Source of the DNA: a bacterium
GTDB taxonomy: Bacteria > Krumholzibacteriota > Krumholzibacteriia > G020349025
Assembly (NCBI GenBank): GCA_031362565.1
Contig: JANLSU010000073.1
Coordinates: 32,001-96,000 of the forward strand
Reading direction: 5' to 3'
Length of the DNA stretch: 64,000 nt
Part shown: in pieces, positions 36,450 through 47,529 of the stretch
Layout of the letters: each line of letters begins with the position of its first letter
Numbering within the stretch: position 1 is the stretch's first letter
Notes under the pieces: model-generated
Database searches by the model: none
Told to the model about the DNA's origin: nothing
Seen by the model: only the letters and a program-made list of their open reading frames with translations
Translations under genes and position numbers: made by a program

Positions 36450-39400
36450 ATGCTGCGCCGTCTGTTGCCGGTGGCCGTCTGGCTCGTGAGCGCGGCGGTG
36501 CGGGCCGCGCCGGTCGATCCCGCCCTGTTTCAAGACTTGCGCTGGCGGTGCATCGGACCCCATCGCGGCGGCCGCACGGTCAGCGCTGTCGGGATCCCGG
36601 CCGAACCCAACGTGTTCTATATCGGCGTCAACAATGGCGGGGTGTGGAAGACGACCGACGCCGGACGAATCTGGAAACCGGTTTTCGATCAGCAACCGAC
36701 GGGTTCCATCGGTGCGATCGCGATCGCGCCTTCCGATCCGAACGTCGTGTACGTTGGCAGCGGCGAGGGACTGCAACGGCCCGACCTCTCGACCGGTGAC
36801 GGCATCTACAAGTCGGTCGATGCGGGACGCACTTGGCGTCATCTCGGATTGCGCGATGGCCAGCAGATCGGCGCCATTGTCGTCGATCCCAATGATCCCA
36901 ATCGGTTGTTCGTCGCGGTGCTCGGCCATCCCTATGGCGCCAACCCGGAGCGCGGTGTCTATCGTTCGACCGATGGTGGCGAGACGTTCGAGCGCGTCTT
37001 GTACAAGGACGAGGATACCGGTGCGATCGCGCTCGCCTTCGATCCGGCGACGCCGCAGATCGTTTACGCCGTGCTGTGGTCGGCACGGCTGGCGCCGTGG
37101 GAAAACGGCCATTGGTCCGGGCCGGGCAGCGGCCTCTTCAAGTCGATCGATGGCGGAACCACCTGGCGGCCGCTGACACAGGGCCTGCCGACGTTCGATC
37201 AAGGCTTGGGGCGCATTGGGCTGTGCGTGGCGCCCTCCGACTCGCGGCGCTTGTACGCGACCGTGGAAGCATCGGCCGAGCGGGGTGGCATCTACCGCTC
37301 CGACGATGGCGGTGAAAATTGGCGCCGGGTCAACGCGGATGCGCGTCTGTGGAGTCGCGGTTCGGACTTTGCAGAGGTGCAGGTTCATCCGGACAACCCC
37401 GATATTCTGTTTGATATCAACATTGTCGCCTGGAAGTCTACCGATGGCGGCGCGACGTTCGACGCCTTCCGCGGTGCGCCGGGCGGCGACGATCCGCACC
37501 GGCTCTGGATCAATCCCTTGCACCCAGAGATCATGCTCTTGGCCGGCGACCAAGGTGCGATCGTCACGGTGAACGGCGGCGAGACCTGGTCGTCGTGGTA
37601 CAACCAACCCACCGCGCAGTTCTATCATGTGAGCACCGACAACCAATTTCCGTACTGGGTCTATGGCGGCCAGCAGGAAAGCGGCTCGGTAGGCATCGCC
37701 AGCCGGGGCAACGACGGCCAAATTACTTTTCGCGACTGGCATCCGGTAGGCGCCGAAGAGTACGGGTACATTGCCCCCGATCCCTTGAATCCGAACCTGG
37801 TGTACGGCGGCAAGATCACGCGCTTCGACCGCACCACCGGCCAGGTGCAGAACATCGCCCCGGAGGCGATTCGCTCCGGGCGCTATCGCTTCCTGCGTAC
37901 GGCGCCGGTGCTCTTCTCGCCGGTCGATCCGCACGTGCTGTACTACGCCGGCAATGTCTTGTTCAAGACGGCGAACGGCGGCCACAGTTGGGACATCATC
38001 AGCCCGGATCTGTCCCGCGCCCAGCTCGAGGTACCGGCGAACATCGGTGTTTTTCGAACCGCGGACCTCGAGCACATGGCGCGGCGCGGGGTCATCTATA
38101 CCGTCGCGCCATCGGGGCGCGATCGCGGCACATTGTGGGCTGGTACCGATGACGGGTTGATTCATGTGACGCACGACGGCGGCAAGACGTGGACGAACGT
38201 GACGCCGCCGGAAATCACCCCGTGGAGCAAGGTGTCACTGATCGATGCCGGACACTTCGACGTCGAGACCGCCTATGCCGCCGTGAATCGCATTCGCCTC
38301 GACGACCAGCGCGCGCACGTGATGCGCACTCACGACGGCGGCAAGACGTGGCGCGAAATCGTCGCCGGCTTGCCGGACAAGCCCGTGAATGCGGTGCGCG
38401 AAGATCCGAAGCAGCCAGGGCTGTTGTTTTGCGGCACGGAGCGGGCCGTGTACGTGTCGTTCGACGATGGGGACCATTGGCAGTCGCTCCGGCAGAACAT
38501 GCCGGCGACCTCGATTCGCGATCTGGTGATCAAAGCCGACGACATTGTCGTCGGCACGCACGGCCGGTCGTTCTGGATCTTGGACGACATCACGCCGTTG
38601 CGCCAGCTCCCGGCGAATGTGTCGGCGGCGAAAGCTTTGTTGTTCGCGCCGCAAACCGCCATCCGCGTCCGCTGGAACATGAATAGTGACACGCCGCTTC
38701 CGCAGGAGGAACCCGGCGGCCAGAACCCGCCCGATGGCGCGATCCTCGACTACGCGTTGAGTGCCAAACCGGCGGGTGCGGTGCGTCTCGAGGTTCTGGA
38801 TGCCCGCGGCGTTCTGGTGCGCCGCTACTCGAGCGACGACCGGTTCGAATCGATCGACAGTCTCGCCAAGCAAGTGAACATTCCAACCTACTGGATCCGC
38901 CCCCCACAAATCGTTTCAACCGCACCCGGCATGCACCGGCTCGTGTGGGACTTGCACCATGCGCCCTGCGACTGGCTGCCGCCGCAGTATCCGATTGCGG
39001 CGATTTACCAGGACACGTGGCGCGAACCGCAGGGCCCGTGGGCCTTGCCGGGCACCTACACCGTCCGTTTGTCGGTGGACGGACGGGAGTTCACGCAACA
39101 GCTCGTGCTGGAGATGGATCCGCGCGTCAAGACGCCGAAAGGCGGCATCGCGCGCCAGCACGCGATCGCCATGCAGTGCTATGCGGGTTTGCAACGCCTG
39201 TGCGATGCGCTTTCGGTGGTACGCAAGGTGCGGAGTCAGTTGCAAGAAATCGCCCAACGCCAAACGGCGCCGGTCGCACTGAATTCGACCCCGGCGGCCT
39301 CGACCGCGGCCGATTCGAGCCTCGCCGGCGCGAGTGCGGCGCTCGACAAGAAGCTGGCGGCGCTGCAGAGCGAAAGCGCGCCGCCCCGCACGGGAGCCGG

Positions 39401-39683
39401 GGCCGGCGGCGCGCCCGCCGTCGGCCTTCTGAGAGCCGCATTCGAAGCCCCGACGCTCGGCGACGTCAACGCCCAAGAACTCGCACTCATGGATCTCGTC
39501 GAGAGCGTCGATGCAGAACCCACCACACAAGCAATCGCCACCGCCAAGGATTTGGTGGGGCGCGAAGCGTTGGCGCTCGGACGGTGGCGCGCACTTGCCG
39601 CCGCCGACGTGCAGGCGCTCAGCGCCAGACTCGCGCGGGCCGGCCTGCCGGCACTCGTCGTCGAGCCCGAGGGTCCGAAGTGA
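36450..39683 (+). CDS. BNR/Asp-box (VPS10/GH74-like) beta-propeller protein, secreted
   Basis: WR.IGP.RGGR start, many S/TxDGGxTW Asp-boxes, THGRSFWILDD, PGTYTVRL. Confidence 0.88.
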   Translation: MLRRLLPVAVWLVSAAVRAAPVDPALFQDLRWRCIGPHRGGRTVSAVGIPAEPNVFYIGVNNGGVWKTTDAGRIWKPVFDQQPTGSIGAIAIAPSDPNVVYVGSGEGLQRPDLSTGDGIYKSVDAGRTWRHLGLRDGQQIGAIVVDPNDPNRLFVAVLGHPYGANPERGVYRSTDGGETFERVLYKDEDTGAIALAFDPATPQIVYAVLWSARLAPWENGHWSGPGSGLFKSIDGGTTWRPLTQGLPTFDQGLGRIGLCVAPSDSRRLYATVEASAERGGIYRSDDGGENWRRVNADARLWSRGSDFAEVQVHPDNPDILFDINIVAWKSTDGGATFDAFRGAPGGDDPHRLWINPLHPEIMLLAGDQGAIVTVNGGETWSSWYNQPTAQFYHVSTDNQFPYWVYGGQQESGSVGIASRGNDGQITFRDWHPVGAEEYGYIAPDPLNPNLVYGGKITRFDRTTGQVQNIAPEAIRSGRYRFLRTAPVLFSPVDPHVLYYAGNVLFKTANGGHSWDIISPDLSRAQLEVPANIGVFRTADLEHMARRGVIYTVAPSGRDRGTLWAGTDDGLIHVTHDGGKTWTNVTPPEITPWSKVSLIDAGHFDVETAYAAVNRIRLDDQRAHVMRTHDGGKTWREIVAGLPDKPVNAVREDPKQPGLLFCGTERAVYVSFDDGDHWQSLRQNMPATSIRDLVIKADDIVVGTHGRSFWILDDITPLRQLPANVSAAKALLFAPQTAIRVRWNMNSDTPLPQEEPGGQNPPDGAILDYALSAKPAGAVRLEVLDARGVLVRRYSSDDRFESIDSLAKQVNIPTYWIRPPQIVSTAPGMHRLVWDLHHAPCDWLPPQYPIAAIYQDTWREPQGPWALPGTYTVRLSVDGREFTQQLVLEMDPRVKTPKGGIARQHAIAMQCYAGLQRLCDALSVVRKVRSQLQEIAQRQTAPVALNSTPAASTAADSSLAGASAALDKKLAALQSESAPPRTGAGAGGAPAVGLLRAAFEAPTLGDVNAQELALMDLVESVDAEPTTQAIATAKDLVGREALALGRWRALAAADVQALSARLARAGLPALVVEPEGPK

Positions 39684-39828
39684 TCGTGTGCCGTGACCTG
39701 GTGAGTCTATGGTATTTTACCAAGCCTCTGGCGCGGCGGCGGCTGTCGGCCCGCGTCCCGGATTTTAGGGCTGCACGACGGACCTTCGTTCAGCCGCCAT
39801 CGAATCACCCCACGAGGTTTGTTTCGCG

Positions 39829-41526
39829 ATGAACACGATGACGACTCTCTTGCTGGCAGGCGCTATGACCACATTGCAGACCGCGTCCCAGACCGATCTC
39901 CAGACCATGTCGGCGCGATTCGCGCCGGTCGAACTCCGCGCCGATGTATCGAAGTTGTCGCCCGGCGATCGCGCGGCTCTGGCCAAGCTCGTCGAGGCAG
40001 CCCGCATCGTCGACGTCCTGCAACTCCGCCAACGCTGGGCGCAGAACGAGGCGCTGTGGGCGGCGCTCCAGAAGGACACGTCGCCGCTCGGCAAGGCGCG
40101 GAGCGCCTATTTCTGGCTCAACAAGGGGCCCTGGTCGGTGCTCGACGACAACAAGGCGTTTTTGCCGGCGATTGCCGGCATCGAGATCCCGGCCGAAAAA
40201 CCGGGCGGCGGCAACTTCTACCCCGGCGATGCGACCAAGGAAGAACTCGATGCATGGATGAAGGGTTTGCCGGACGCCGAGCGGACGCAGGCCCAATGGT
40301 TCTTCACCGTGATCCGGCGTGACGCGGCGCGCAAGTTCACCATCGTGCCGTATTCACAGGAATACCAGGCCGATCTCGAAAAGCTGGCGGCGCTCACCAA
40401 GGAAGCGGCGGCGCTCACCAGCAACGCCTCACTGCGGCATTTCCTCGAGCTGCGGGCGGCGGCGTTCCTGAGCAACGACTACTTCGATTCGGATGTCGCA
40501 TGGATGGATCTCGATTCACCGGTGGACGTGACGCTTGGACCGTACGAGACCTACAACGACGACTGGTTCGGCTACAAAGCGGCGTTCGAAGCCTACGTGA
40601 GCGTTCGCGACGACAAGGAAACCGACAAGGTGCGGTTTTTCTCGAGCCACATGCAGGAACTCGAAGACAGCTTGCCGATTGCCGCCGAATACCGCAACAA
40701 GAAGGTCGGCGCTGCGGCGCCCATGGTCGTGGTGAATCAAGTGTTCAGCGCCGGCGACGGCAACATGGGAATCGCGACCGCCGCCTACAACCTGCCGAAC
40801 GATGAGCGCGTCGTGAACCAAAAGGGTTCCAAACGCATCATGTTGAAGAATATCCAGGAACTCAAATTCAAGACGACGCTGACGCCCATTTCGAAGATCG
40901 TCCTGCGTCCGGCGGATCAAAAGAACTTGGACTTCGACGCCTTCTTCTCACACATCCTGGCGCACGAAATCACCCACGGCTTGGGGCCGCATGCGATCCG
41001 TGTCGGTGGCAAAGACACCACACCACGCCAGGAACTCAAAGACACGTACTCGACCATGGAAGAGGCGAAGGCGGATGTGACGGGGCTGCATGCGCTGGCG
41101 GTTCTCATGGACCGCGGCCTGCTGCCGAACGCCGAGGCCGATCGCCACAAGCTGTATACGACGTTCTTGGCGTCGTCGTTTCGCACCCTGCATTTCGGAC
41201 TCACGGACTCGCATGCGCGTGGCATGGCGATGCAGTTCAACTTCCTGTGGGACAAGGGTGGGTTCGTGGCGAACTCCGACGGCACGTTCTCGGTGGACTT
41301 TGCGAAGATTCGCCAGGCGGTCAGCGATCTCGACCACGAGCTGCTCATGATCGAAGCGACCGGCGACTATGCCGGCGCGAAGAAGATGATGGCGGAACTG
41401 GTGGTCGTGCGCCCCGAAGTGCAGAAGGCGCTCGACAAGCTGGCGGCGTCGGTACCGAACGACATTCGCCCGGTGTTCGTTACTGCGAATGAAATCGCCG
41501 GCCGGCCGGCGCCGGCCGCCCGGTGA
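39829..41526 (+). CDS. M49 dipeptidyl peptidase III-like protein
   Basis: GPYETY.D..FGYKAAFE, AYNLPNDE, KGSKR, HEITHGLGP, EEAKAD. Confidence 0.88.
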   Translation: MNTMTTLLLAGAMTTLQTASQTDLQTMSARFAPVELRADVSKLSPGDRAALAKLVEAARIVDVLQLRQRWAQNEALWAALQKDTSPLGKARSAYFWLNKGPWSVLDDNKAFLPAIAGIEIPAEKPGGGNFYPGDATKEELDAWMKGLPDAERTQAQWFFTVIRRDAARKFTIVPYSQEYQADLEKLAALTKEAAALTSNASLRHFLELRAAAFLSNDYFDSDVAWMDLDSPVDVTLGPYETYNDDWFGYKAAFEAYVSVRDDKETDKVRFFSSHMQELEDSLPIAAEYRNKKVGAAAPMVVVNQVFSAGDGNMGIATAAYNLPNDERVVNQKGSKRIMLKNIQELKFKTTLTPISKIVLRPADQKNLDFDAFFSHILAHEITHGLGPHAIRVGGKDTTPRQELKDTYSTMEEAKADVTGLHALAVLMDRGLLPNAEADRHKLYTTFLASSFRTLHFGLTDSHARGMAMQFNFLWDKGGFVANSDGTFSVDFAKIRQAVSDLDHELLMIEATGDYAGAKKMMAELVVVRPEVQKALDKLAASVPNDIRPVFVTANEIAGRPAPAAR

Positions 41527-42341
41527 GACGGTAGCGGCGCCGAGCGCAGGCTTTTCAGCCACCGAGGCAATAGGGGCCCCCGGCCCGTGTTGCCTACGCC
41601 GTAGCTTGTTCGTCCGTCGAGGTTCCGCGTCGGAAAACCAGGTGGTCCACTGGTTGCCAGGCCTGTTCCCTGGCGTGCGTGCGACACGCGCCGGTCTAGC
41701 AAAAGGCTCAAGTCCGGCCCGGTTGCGTTGCTCCGCGGGAGCTTTCCAGTCTCCAGCACGCAGACCTCGTCCGAATTCCCGCCGTTGCCGGCGTGAACTC
41801 TTTTCCGTCGTGCGTCATCCTACCGTTCGTCCACACGGCACCGCGCGAAGCTTCCTTGAAGTTCTCGTGAGATGCGCTGTTTGGCGTAACTGCAGGCCAA
41901 CCTGCTGTTCGCGGCGCGCGGCACGCGGCGCGCCGGCGACGGAGCACGAAGATCGGCGCGCACGCGGGCGGTGAAGGCGGAGCAAGGGCCGCGCAATCCG
42001 AAGCGGACCGGCTCGACCAGAGCGAGCCTATTCGGCCCACGACGACCCGCTGGATCGATTGCCGGCTCCGGACGGCGCTGCTCGGTTGGCCCTGCCCCGC
42101 CTCACGACTTCGCTCGACACCCTTACCGCCGCCCGAAGGGGGCTCGCATGCTAGCAGCGTCAATGTGAGCCCGGTGCGAAGGTTCATTGAGATCTGCTCG
42201 CAGTTCCGTACGCTCCGCGACCGAACCAACGTCTCACGCCAGCCACATGGAACCTTCACGAGCCTTCGTTAGGATCGAATGAGTGAAGCATTCGTGAGCT
42301 TGAAGCCATCGCTTCCAGGGGTTCAAAGGAGAACGGACCAT

Positions 42342-43109
42342 ATGAGACCAGGCGTGTTCATTACACTCGTCCTGATTGCCGCCCTGGGGATTTCGGGCGC
42401 GATCTACGGCGTGCTTCTACCCGACTACATCAAGGCGGGGGGGCCGCTCGTCGTTGTCCTCATGGCGCTCTCGATCATGGTCATCGCGTTCTCCGTCGAG
42501 CGCCTGCTGGCGCTCCAAAAAGCCCAGGGCACGGGTTCTTTGGCGACATTCCTGAAGCGCGTCCAGAGCCAGGTCGAGGCCACGGACATCGAAGGCGCGA
42601 TCGAGAGCTGCAAGAAGCAACGTGGCTCTTGCGCCAACATCATGCGCGCCGGGCTCGAAAAGTTCCGGTCGACGCGCGGCCAGCTCGATGCCAAGACGGT
42701 CCAGCAGGAAATGCAAGCCGCCATTCAGGAATCCATGATGCTCGAGTATCCGCTCCTGGAGCGCAATCTCTCGGCGATTTCGACGATCGCCTCGATCGCC
42801 ACGCTCGTCGGCTTGCTCGGCACGACGCTCGGCATGATCCGGTCCTTCAAGGCACTCGCCCAAGCCGGCGCGCCGGATGCCATTGCGCTGTCACTCGGTA
42901 TTTCGGAGGCGCTGGTCAATACGGCAGGCGGACTGCTCGTCGCCATCGTCGGCATCATCGCCTACAACTACTTCTTCAATCGCATCGACAACTTCACGTA
43001 CCAGATCGACGAAGCAGCGAACTACGCCATGGTGCAGACCCTGGCCGAGAAGCTCGCCGCCGCGCCCGAACATGAAGCGCGGCCGCTGGCCGAAAAAATG
43101 TCGGCGTGA
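42342..43109 (+). CDS. exbB: MotA/TolQ/ExbB proton channel
   Basis: ATLVGLLGT..GMI.SF, GISEALVNTA.GL; SD AAGGAG. Confidence 0.93.
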   Translation: MRPGVFITLVLIAALGISGAIYGVLLPDYIKAGGPLVVVLMALSIMVIAFSVERLLALQKAQGTGSLATFLKRVQSQVEATDIEGAIESCKKQRGSCANIMRAGLEKFRSTRGQLDAKTVQQEMQAAIQESMMLEYPLLERNLSAISTIASIATLVGLLGTTLGMIRSFKALAQAGAPDAIALSLGISEALVNTAGGLLVAIVGIIAYNYFFNRIDNFTYQIDEAANYAMVQTLAEKLAAAPEHEARPLAEKMSA

Positions 43110-43120
43110 CAGGAGCAGTC

Positions 43121-43588
43121 ATGGTGCGCAAAAAACTGGGCCGGCTATCGGTCTTCATCGACATGACGCCGATGGTCGATGTTTCCATGCTGCTCCTGAC
43201 GTTCTTCATGCTGACGACGCAATTTCGTCCCGCCGCCGAGGCCGAGATCGTCCTGCCGACTTCGAACTCGGCGATCAAGCTCCCGGAGTCCGACGTGATG
43301 ACGATCACGATCAGCAAGGACAACCGGATCTTCATTGGGGTCGACTCGCAGCGTTTGCGCGGCGAGCTGTTCGGCACCGGCAACGCGTTGAGTGGCGGCG
43401 TACACGTGGAGAACATGGAACAACTCGCAACCCTGCTCATGCAGGCGAGGACGCTGAATCCGAAGCTGCGCACGGTCATCAAGGGCGACCAAGGCGCGCC
43501 GTACGGCCCCGTGCAGGACGTCATGGATGTTCTACAGCGAGTCAGGATCACCCGTTTCAATCTCGTGACCGATCTCGAGAAGAGCTGA
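43121..43588 (+). CDS. exbD: ExbD/TolR
   Basis: IDMTPMVDV..LLLTFFMLT, IKGD...PY..V.DVMD. Confidence 0.93.
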   Translation: MVRKKLGRLSVFIDMTPMVDVSMLLLTFFMLTTQFRPAAEAEIVLPTSNSAIKLPESDVMTITISKDNRIFIGVDSQRLRGELFGTGNALSGGVHVENMEQLATLLMQARTLNPKLRTVIKGDQGAPYGPVQDVMDVLQRVRITRFNLVTDLEKS

Positions 43589-43598
43589 GGCGAACAGT

Positions 43599-44102
43599 AT
43601 GGCCGGCGGCGACATGGGAGCTCCGCGCCAGGCGCGGCACGGCAACAAACCTCACAAGGCGCGGCGGCGCCTGAATGTGCGCATCGACATGACGCCCATG
43701 GTGGACGTTGTGATGCTGCTCATCACGTTCTTCATGCTGACGACCGTGTTCAACACGCCTCAGACCATGGAAATCAACATGCCGTCGGAGGAAGGCGCGA
43801 CCGTCGAAGTGGCGGAATCGAACCTGCTGACGCTGCGTGTTTCGCACGGCGACAAGATCTTCTGGAACATCGGCGTGGAGCCGCCCCGGGGTTTGGAATT
43901 CGACCAGCTGCGGCCGCTCCTGCTGCGCGAGATCGCGGCCAACCCGAAGCTCATCACGCTGGTCAAGGTCGACCGCACGAGCAGCTACAAGTCCATGGTC
44001 GATGTGATGGATGAGCTGAACCTGGCCAGCATTTCACGGTTCAGCCTGGCGCCGTTCAAGGATTTCGACCGCGAACTGGTCGACGCCGCAGCCGCGCCGT
44101 GA
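43599..44102 (+). CDS. exbD: ExbD/TolR (second copy)
   Basis: IDMTPMVDV..LLITFFMLTT, YKSMVDVMDEL. Confidence 0.93.
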   Translation: MAGGDMGAPRQARHGNKPHKARRRLNVRIDMTPMVDVVMLLITFFMLTTVFNTPQTMEINMPSEEGATVEVAESNLLTLRVSHGDKIFWNIGVEPPRGLEFDQLRPLLLREIAANPKLITLVKVDRTSSYKSMVDVMDELNLASISRFSLAPFKDFDRELVDAAAAP

Positions 44103-44851
44103 AGCGGCGAGTTGCTGAGGAGACGGTGTTGAAAATGACATCCGGCGGCGCCTACGGCGCCATCGAACTGAAGCAAGTCGAGCACCGCAACATGACGTGG
44201 GCACTGGCCATCGCCGGCCTGCTGCACGTCGTGCTGGTTGGGGCTTGGTGGCTCTCGACGCGTCTCGGTGGCGAAGAGCCGCCGTCGCGGACGGTGCGCG
44301 TCATGAAGTACAGCGAGCTCGGCCCACCGCCGTCGGTTTCGAGCGCCAACGCTCCGGCAGCGCTGGCCATCAAGATGCCCGTTGCGCCCGTCCAACCGCG
44401 CATCGCGGTGCCGGTGCCGGTTCCGGACGAACAGGTGCCCCTCGAACAGACGATTCCAACCCAAGAGGAAGTGTCGGCGCCGGTCGCCGATGCCGGCGAC
44501 GGCACCGGGACACAAGTCGAGCCGGACATCGCCGTCGACAAAATCGAGTCCAACGCGCCGCCGCCGGACTTCGTCGCTTTCGAGAAGGAACCGCAGGTGG
44601 TGCACCGGATCGAACCCGCGTATCCCGAAGCCGCCAAGCAGTCCGGCATCGAAGGCGCGGTTTTCGCGAAACTCTGGATCGACAAGGAAGGCAAGGTGAA
44701 GGACGTCGTGATCCTCAAATCGCCTTCTGAGTTATTCAACCAAGCGGTGATCGACGCGGCCAAACAGTGGCTGTTCACACCGGCCGTCATGAACAGCGGT
44801 CCCGTGGCCGTGTGGTTCCCGGTCAAGTTCTCGTTTCACCTTTCCGGATGA
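44099..44851 (+). CDS. tonB: energy transducer TonB
   Basis: TM helix with His (LLHVV), Pro-rich linker, YPEAA...GIEG.V...WLFTPA C-domain. Confidence 0.9.
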   Translation: MKRRVAEETVLKMTSGGAYGAIELKQVEHRNMTWALAIAGLLHVVLVGAWWLSTRLGGEEPPSRTVRVMKYSELGPPPSVSSANAPAALAIKMPVAPVQPRIAVPVPVPDEQVPLEQTIPTQEEVSAPVADAGDGTGTQVEPDIAVDKIESNAPPPDFVAFEKEPQVVHRIEPAYPEAAKQSGIEGAVFAKLWIDKEGKVKDVVILKSPSELFNQAVIDAAKQWLFTPAVMNSGPVAVWFPVKFSFHLSG

Positions 44852-44901
44852 CGGGTGCGGCGCGGCGCGGGCGCTACCACCCCCAAGGAGGCATCGTTCG
44901 A

Positions 44902-45897
44902 ATGAGAATGCATCGACCGCATCACGGACTTCGCGTTTCACTTGCCATGCTTGCGGCGCTCGCAACCGGCTGCGCCCGCGTGCCGGCCGAATCGCCGACG
45001 CGCGGCGCATTGCGCGTCGCAGCCGCCGAATCGCATGCGCCGCTTGCGGCGCGCGAAGCGGCGCGCTTCACGAGCCTGTATTCCGACGCCCAAGTGCAGG
45101 TGCGGAAAACGACGACCCGCGAGGCGTACGTGGCATTGTTTGCAGACAGCGTTCGTCTCGCGGTCGTCGACCGTCCGCCGAATGCCGAGGAGCAGCAGGC
45201 GATCGAGGAGTTGGGGCTCGAGATCCAGGAGGTGCCGATCGCCGAAGATGCGCTTGGTATCGTCGTGAACAAGGCCAATGCTCTCGAGAGCCTGTCGACG
45301 GGAGAGATCGCGGCGCTGCTTTCTGGCCTCGTCGCCGACTGGCGCCAGGTGGATGGCGCGGGACTCTCGGGACCCGTGACGCTCGTCACGACGGGCCGCA
45401 ACTCCGGCGCCTGGGAACTCTTGGCCGGGAATTTCTTCGCGGCGCATGGGCCGATCCGGCCGGGCGTCGTGGCGTCGAGCCAGAGCGATGTGCTGGCGCG
45501 GGTCGCGGCCGATCCGCGGGCGCTCGGCGTCGTCTCGGTTGCAGCTCTGAAGGAACCAGTCAATTCCAACGTCGCGGCGGCATCGGCGGCGAGCACCACC
45601 ACCGCTGCGGGCTGGGCACCCGGGGTCGGCGCATCGCAACGATCGGGCAACGTCCGCGCGCTCGCGATCGCCGGCGTCGATTCACTGGGGCAGCCGGTTC
45701 GCCACGCATTGCATCAAGCGAACATTCATCTCGGCTTCTATCCGCTGCACTACCCGGTCTATGTCGTCTTCAACACGAAATCCCTGCTGGCGGCGGGATT
45801 CAGCGCGTTCGTGGCGAGTGCACCCGGTCAAAAGCTGGTTCTTGCAGCCGGCCTCGTACCCGCGACGATGCCCGTACGAATCGTCCAACTGGACTGA
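44902..45897 (+). CDS. PstS-like substrate-binding lipoprotein
   Basis: Lipobox LATGC, IAEDALGIVVNKAN, NSG, ALGVVS, YPL, GQKLV...GLVP. Confidence 0.75.
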   Translation: MRMHRPHHGLRVSLAMLAALATGCARVPAESPTRGALRVAAAESHAPLAAREAARFTSLYSDAQVQVRKTTTREAYVALFADSVRLAVVDRPPNAEEQQAIEELGLEIQEVPIAEDALGIVVNKANALESLSTGEIAALLSGLVADWRQVDGAGLSGPVTLVTTGRNSGAWELLAGNFFAAHGPIRPGVVASSQSDVLARVAADPRALGVVSVAALKEPVNSNVAAASAASTTTAAGWAPGVGASQRSGNVRALAIAGVDSLGQPVRHALHQANIHLGFYPLHYPVYVVFNTKSLLAAGFSAFVASAPGQKLVLAAGLVPATMPVRIVQLD

Positions 45898-45903
45898 AAG
45901 GGA

Positions 45904-47304
45904 ATGGGTCGCATGCGACAAATCGCCATGGCGATGTTCACGACACTTGGTCTGATCGCCGCAGTCGGACCCGCCGCGGCCGGGCCGCAAGACGACGGTG
46001 GGCGGGCGAGCGCCGCGGATCTGATCGACAAAGGCCGCCAAGAGATCACCGCCGGTGCGTTCGATGCAGCCATTCGCACCCTCACGCTGGCGCGCGAAAA
46101 GGCGCCGGACGACGCCGGCGTCTACAACGCGCTCGCGGATGCATACATCAAATCCGGCACCGAGCCGATGGGCGTCATGCAGTTGGAAAAATCTCTGGCC
46201 CTCGACTCGACGCAGGTGGACACCCGGCTGCGCCTCGCCGAAATTCATTCGCGCAACCGGCGCTGGAACGAAGCTGGACGGCAGTATCAGGCGGTCTTGC
46301 GCCGCAATCCCGACAACGATGCCGCCGCACTCTTGCTCGGGCATTTGTATCTGATGGCCAAGCAACACTCGAGCGCCGCACGGGCGCTGGCCGGCTACGT
46401 GGCGCGGCATCCCGCCGACGAGCCGACAGCGACCGAGTATCTCGATGCCCTGGCCAAAAGCGGCCAGGACGCCGGGCTCGCCGTCGCTGCCGAGTCGATT
46501 CTGAAATCGCTGCCGGACTGGGTTCCGGCGCTGCGCTACGCGGCACGGGCCCGCGCCCGCCTCGGCAAACCAGAGGCGGCGCTCGAGCACTACCGGCGTC
46601 TCGAGGCGCTGCAGCCGCTCGGTGCCGAGGATGCATTCGTGGTGGGCCGTTGCCATTTGACTCTCGACGACGAGGCGGGCGCGGCACCCTGGTTCGAGCG
46701 TGCGCTTGCTGATTCGCTCGACAGCCGCACCGATTGGTCCGAGCCGGCGGGCCGATTCATGCGGCGCCAATCCTGGCCGCTCGCCGCACGCTTGTACGAG
46801 CGGCGGATCGCTCAGGACTCGATGTCGGTGGGCGCCTGGGTGAACTACGCGCTCTGCGAACAACAGATGAAGAACTACGAGACGTCGCGGCGGGCGCTGG
46901 TGCGCGCCGTCGCACTGCGGCCCGACTACATTCCCAGCCAGTACGCACTCGCGACGATCTACGTCCAGATGGATTCGACACGGGCGGCGCGCCGGCAGTT
47001 CGACCGGGTGGCCCAACTCGGGATCGGCCACGAGGACGAGAATCGCGACGCGCTCCGCCAAGCGTACCGCTACGTGAGCGTCGCGCAACTCCTCGACAAG
47101 AATTGGAGTTCGGCGCTCGAGACTCTGGAGAGAGCACTGCGGCTCGATCCAAAGGATGTCGAACTCCGCCTGTACCGCGCCCAGGCGTTCTTGGCCACGA
47201 ATCGCAAAGCCGATGCACGGCGGGAGTTCGAAACGGTGCTCGAGCTGCAGCCGGCGAACAAGGCAGCGAAGAAGGGCCTCAGTCTCGTCGCGCAGTACAA
47301 CTGA
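45904..47304 (+). CDS. exported TPR-repeat protein
   Basis: Signal peptide, many TPR-like helices (AL.LDP, VLELQP.N..A). Confidence 0.85.
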   Translation: MGRMRQIAMAMFTTLGLIAAVGPAAAGPQDDGGRASAADLIDKGRQEITAGAFDAAIRTLTLAREKAPDDAGVYNALADAYIKSGTEPMGVMQLEKSLALDSTQVDTRLRLAEIHSRNRRWNEAGRQYQAVLRRNPDNDAAALLLGHLYLMAKQHSSAARALAGYVARHPADEPTATEYLDALAKSGQDAGLAVAAESILKSLPDWVPALRYAARARARLGKPEAALEHYRRLEALQPLGAEDAFVVGRCHLTLDDEAGAAPWFERALADSLDSRTDWSEPAGRFMRRQSWPLAARLYERRIAQDSMSVGAWVNYALCEQQMKNYETSRRALVRAVALRPDYIPSQYALATIYVQMDSTRAARRQFDRVAQLGIGHEDENRDALRQAYRYVSVAQLLDKNWSSALETLERALRLDPKDVELRLYRAQAFLATNRKADARREFETVLELQPANKAAKKGLSLVAQYN

Positions 47305-47529
47305 GCGCGACGGGCCGGTTCGTTGTGGGGTCGATGATTTCGTTGCACCGTTCAACGTTGGTCCGATGCTCACACGCACCACGCACAAGTCTGATGAATT
47401 CGTGAAGCACCCTTAATCGCATCCCAACCGGCGAGGCCTAGACTTTGTTCGCTGTCGGATCCACCGCGGCGACGAGTGGTTGGCTCGCGGGTCGAGCCAT
47501 GCCCCGAGACCTGAGAGGTTGAACCGTTC

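Noticed and set aside
41527..42341. Cobalamin riboswitch ahead of the TonB cluster
   Set aside because: I could not find the B12-box or the other conserved core segments.
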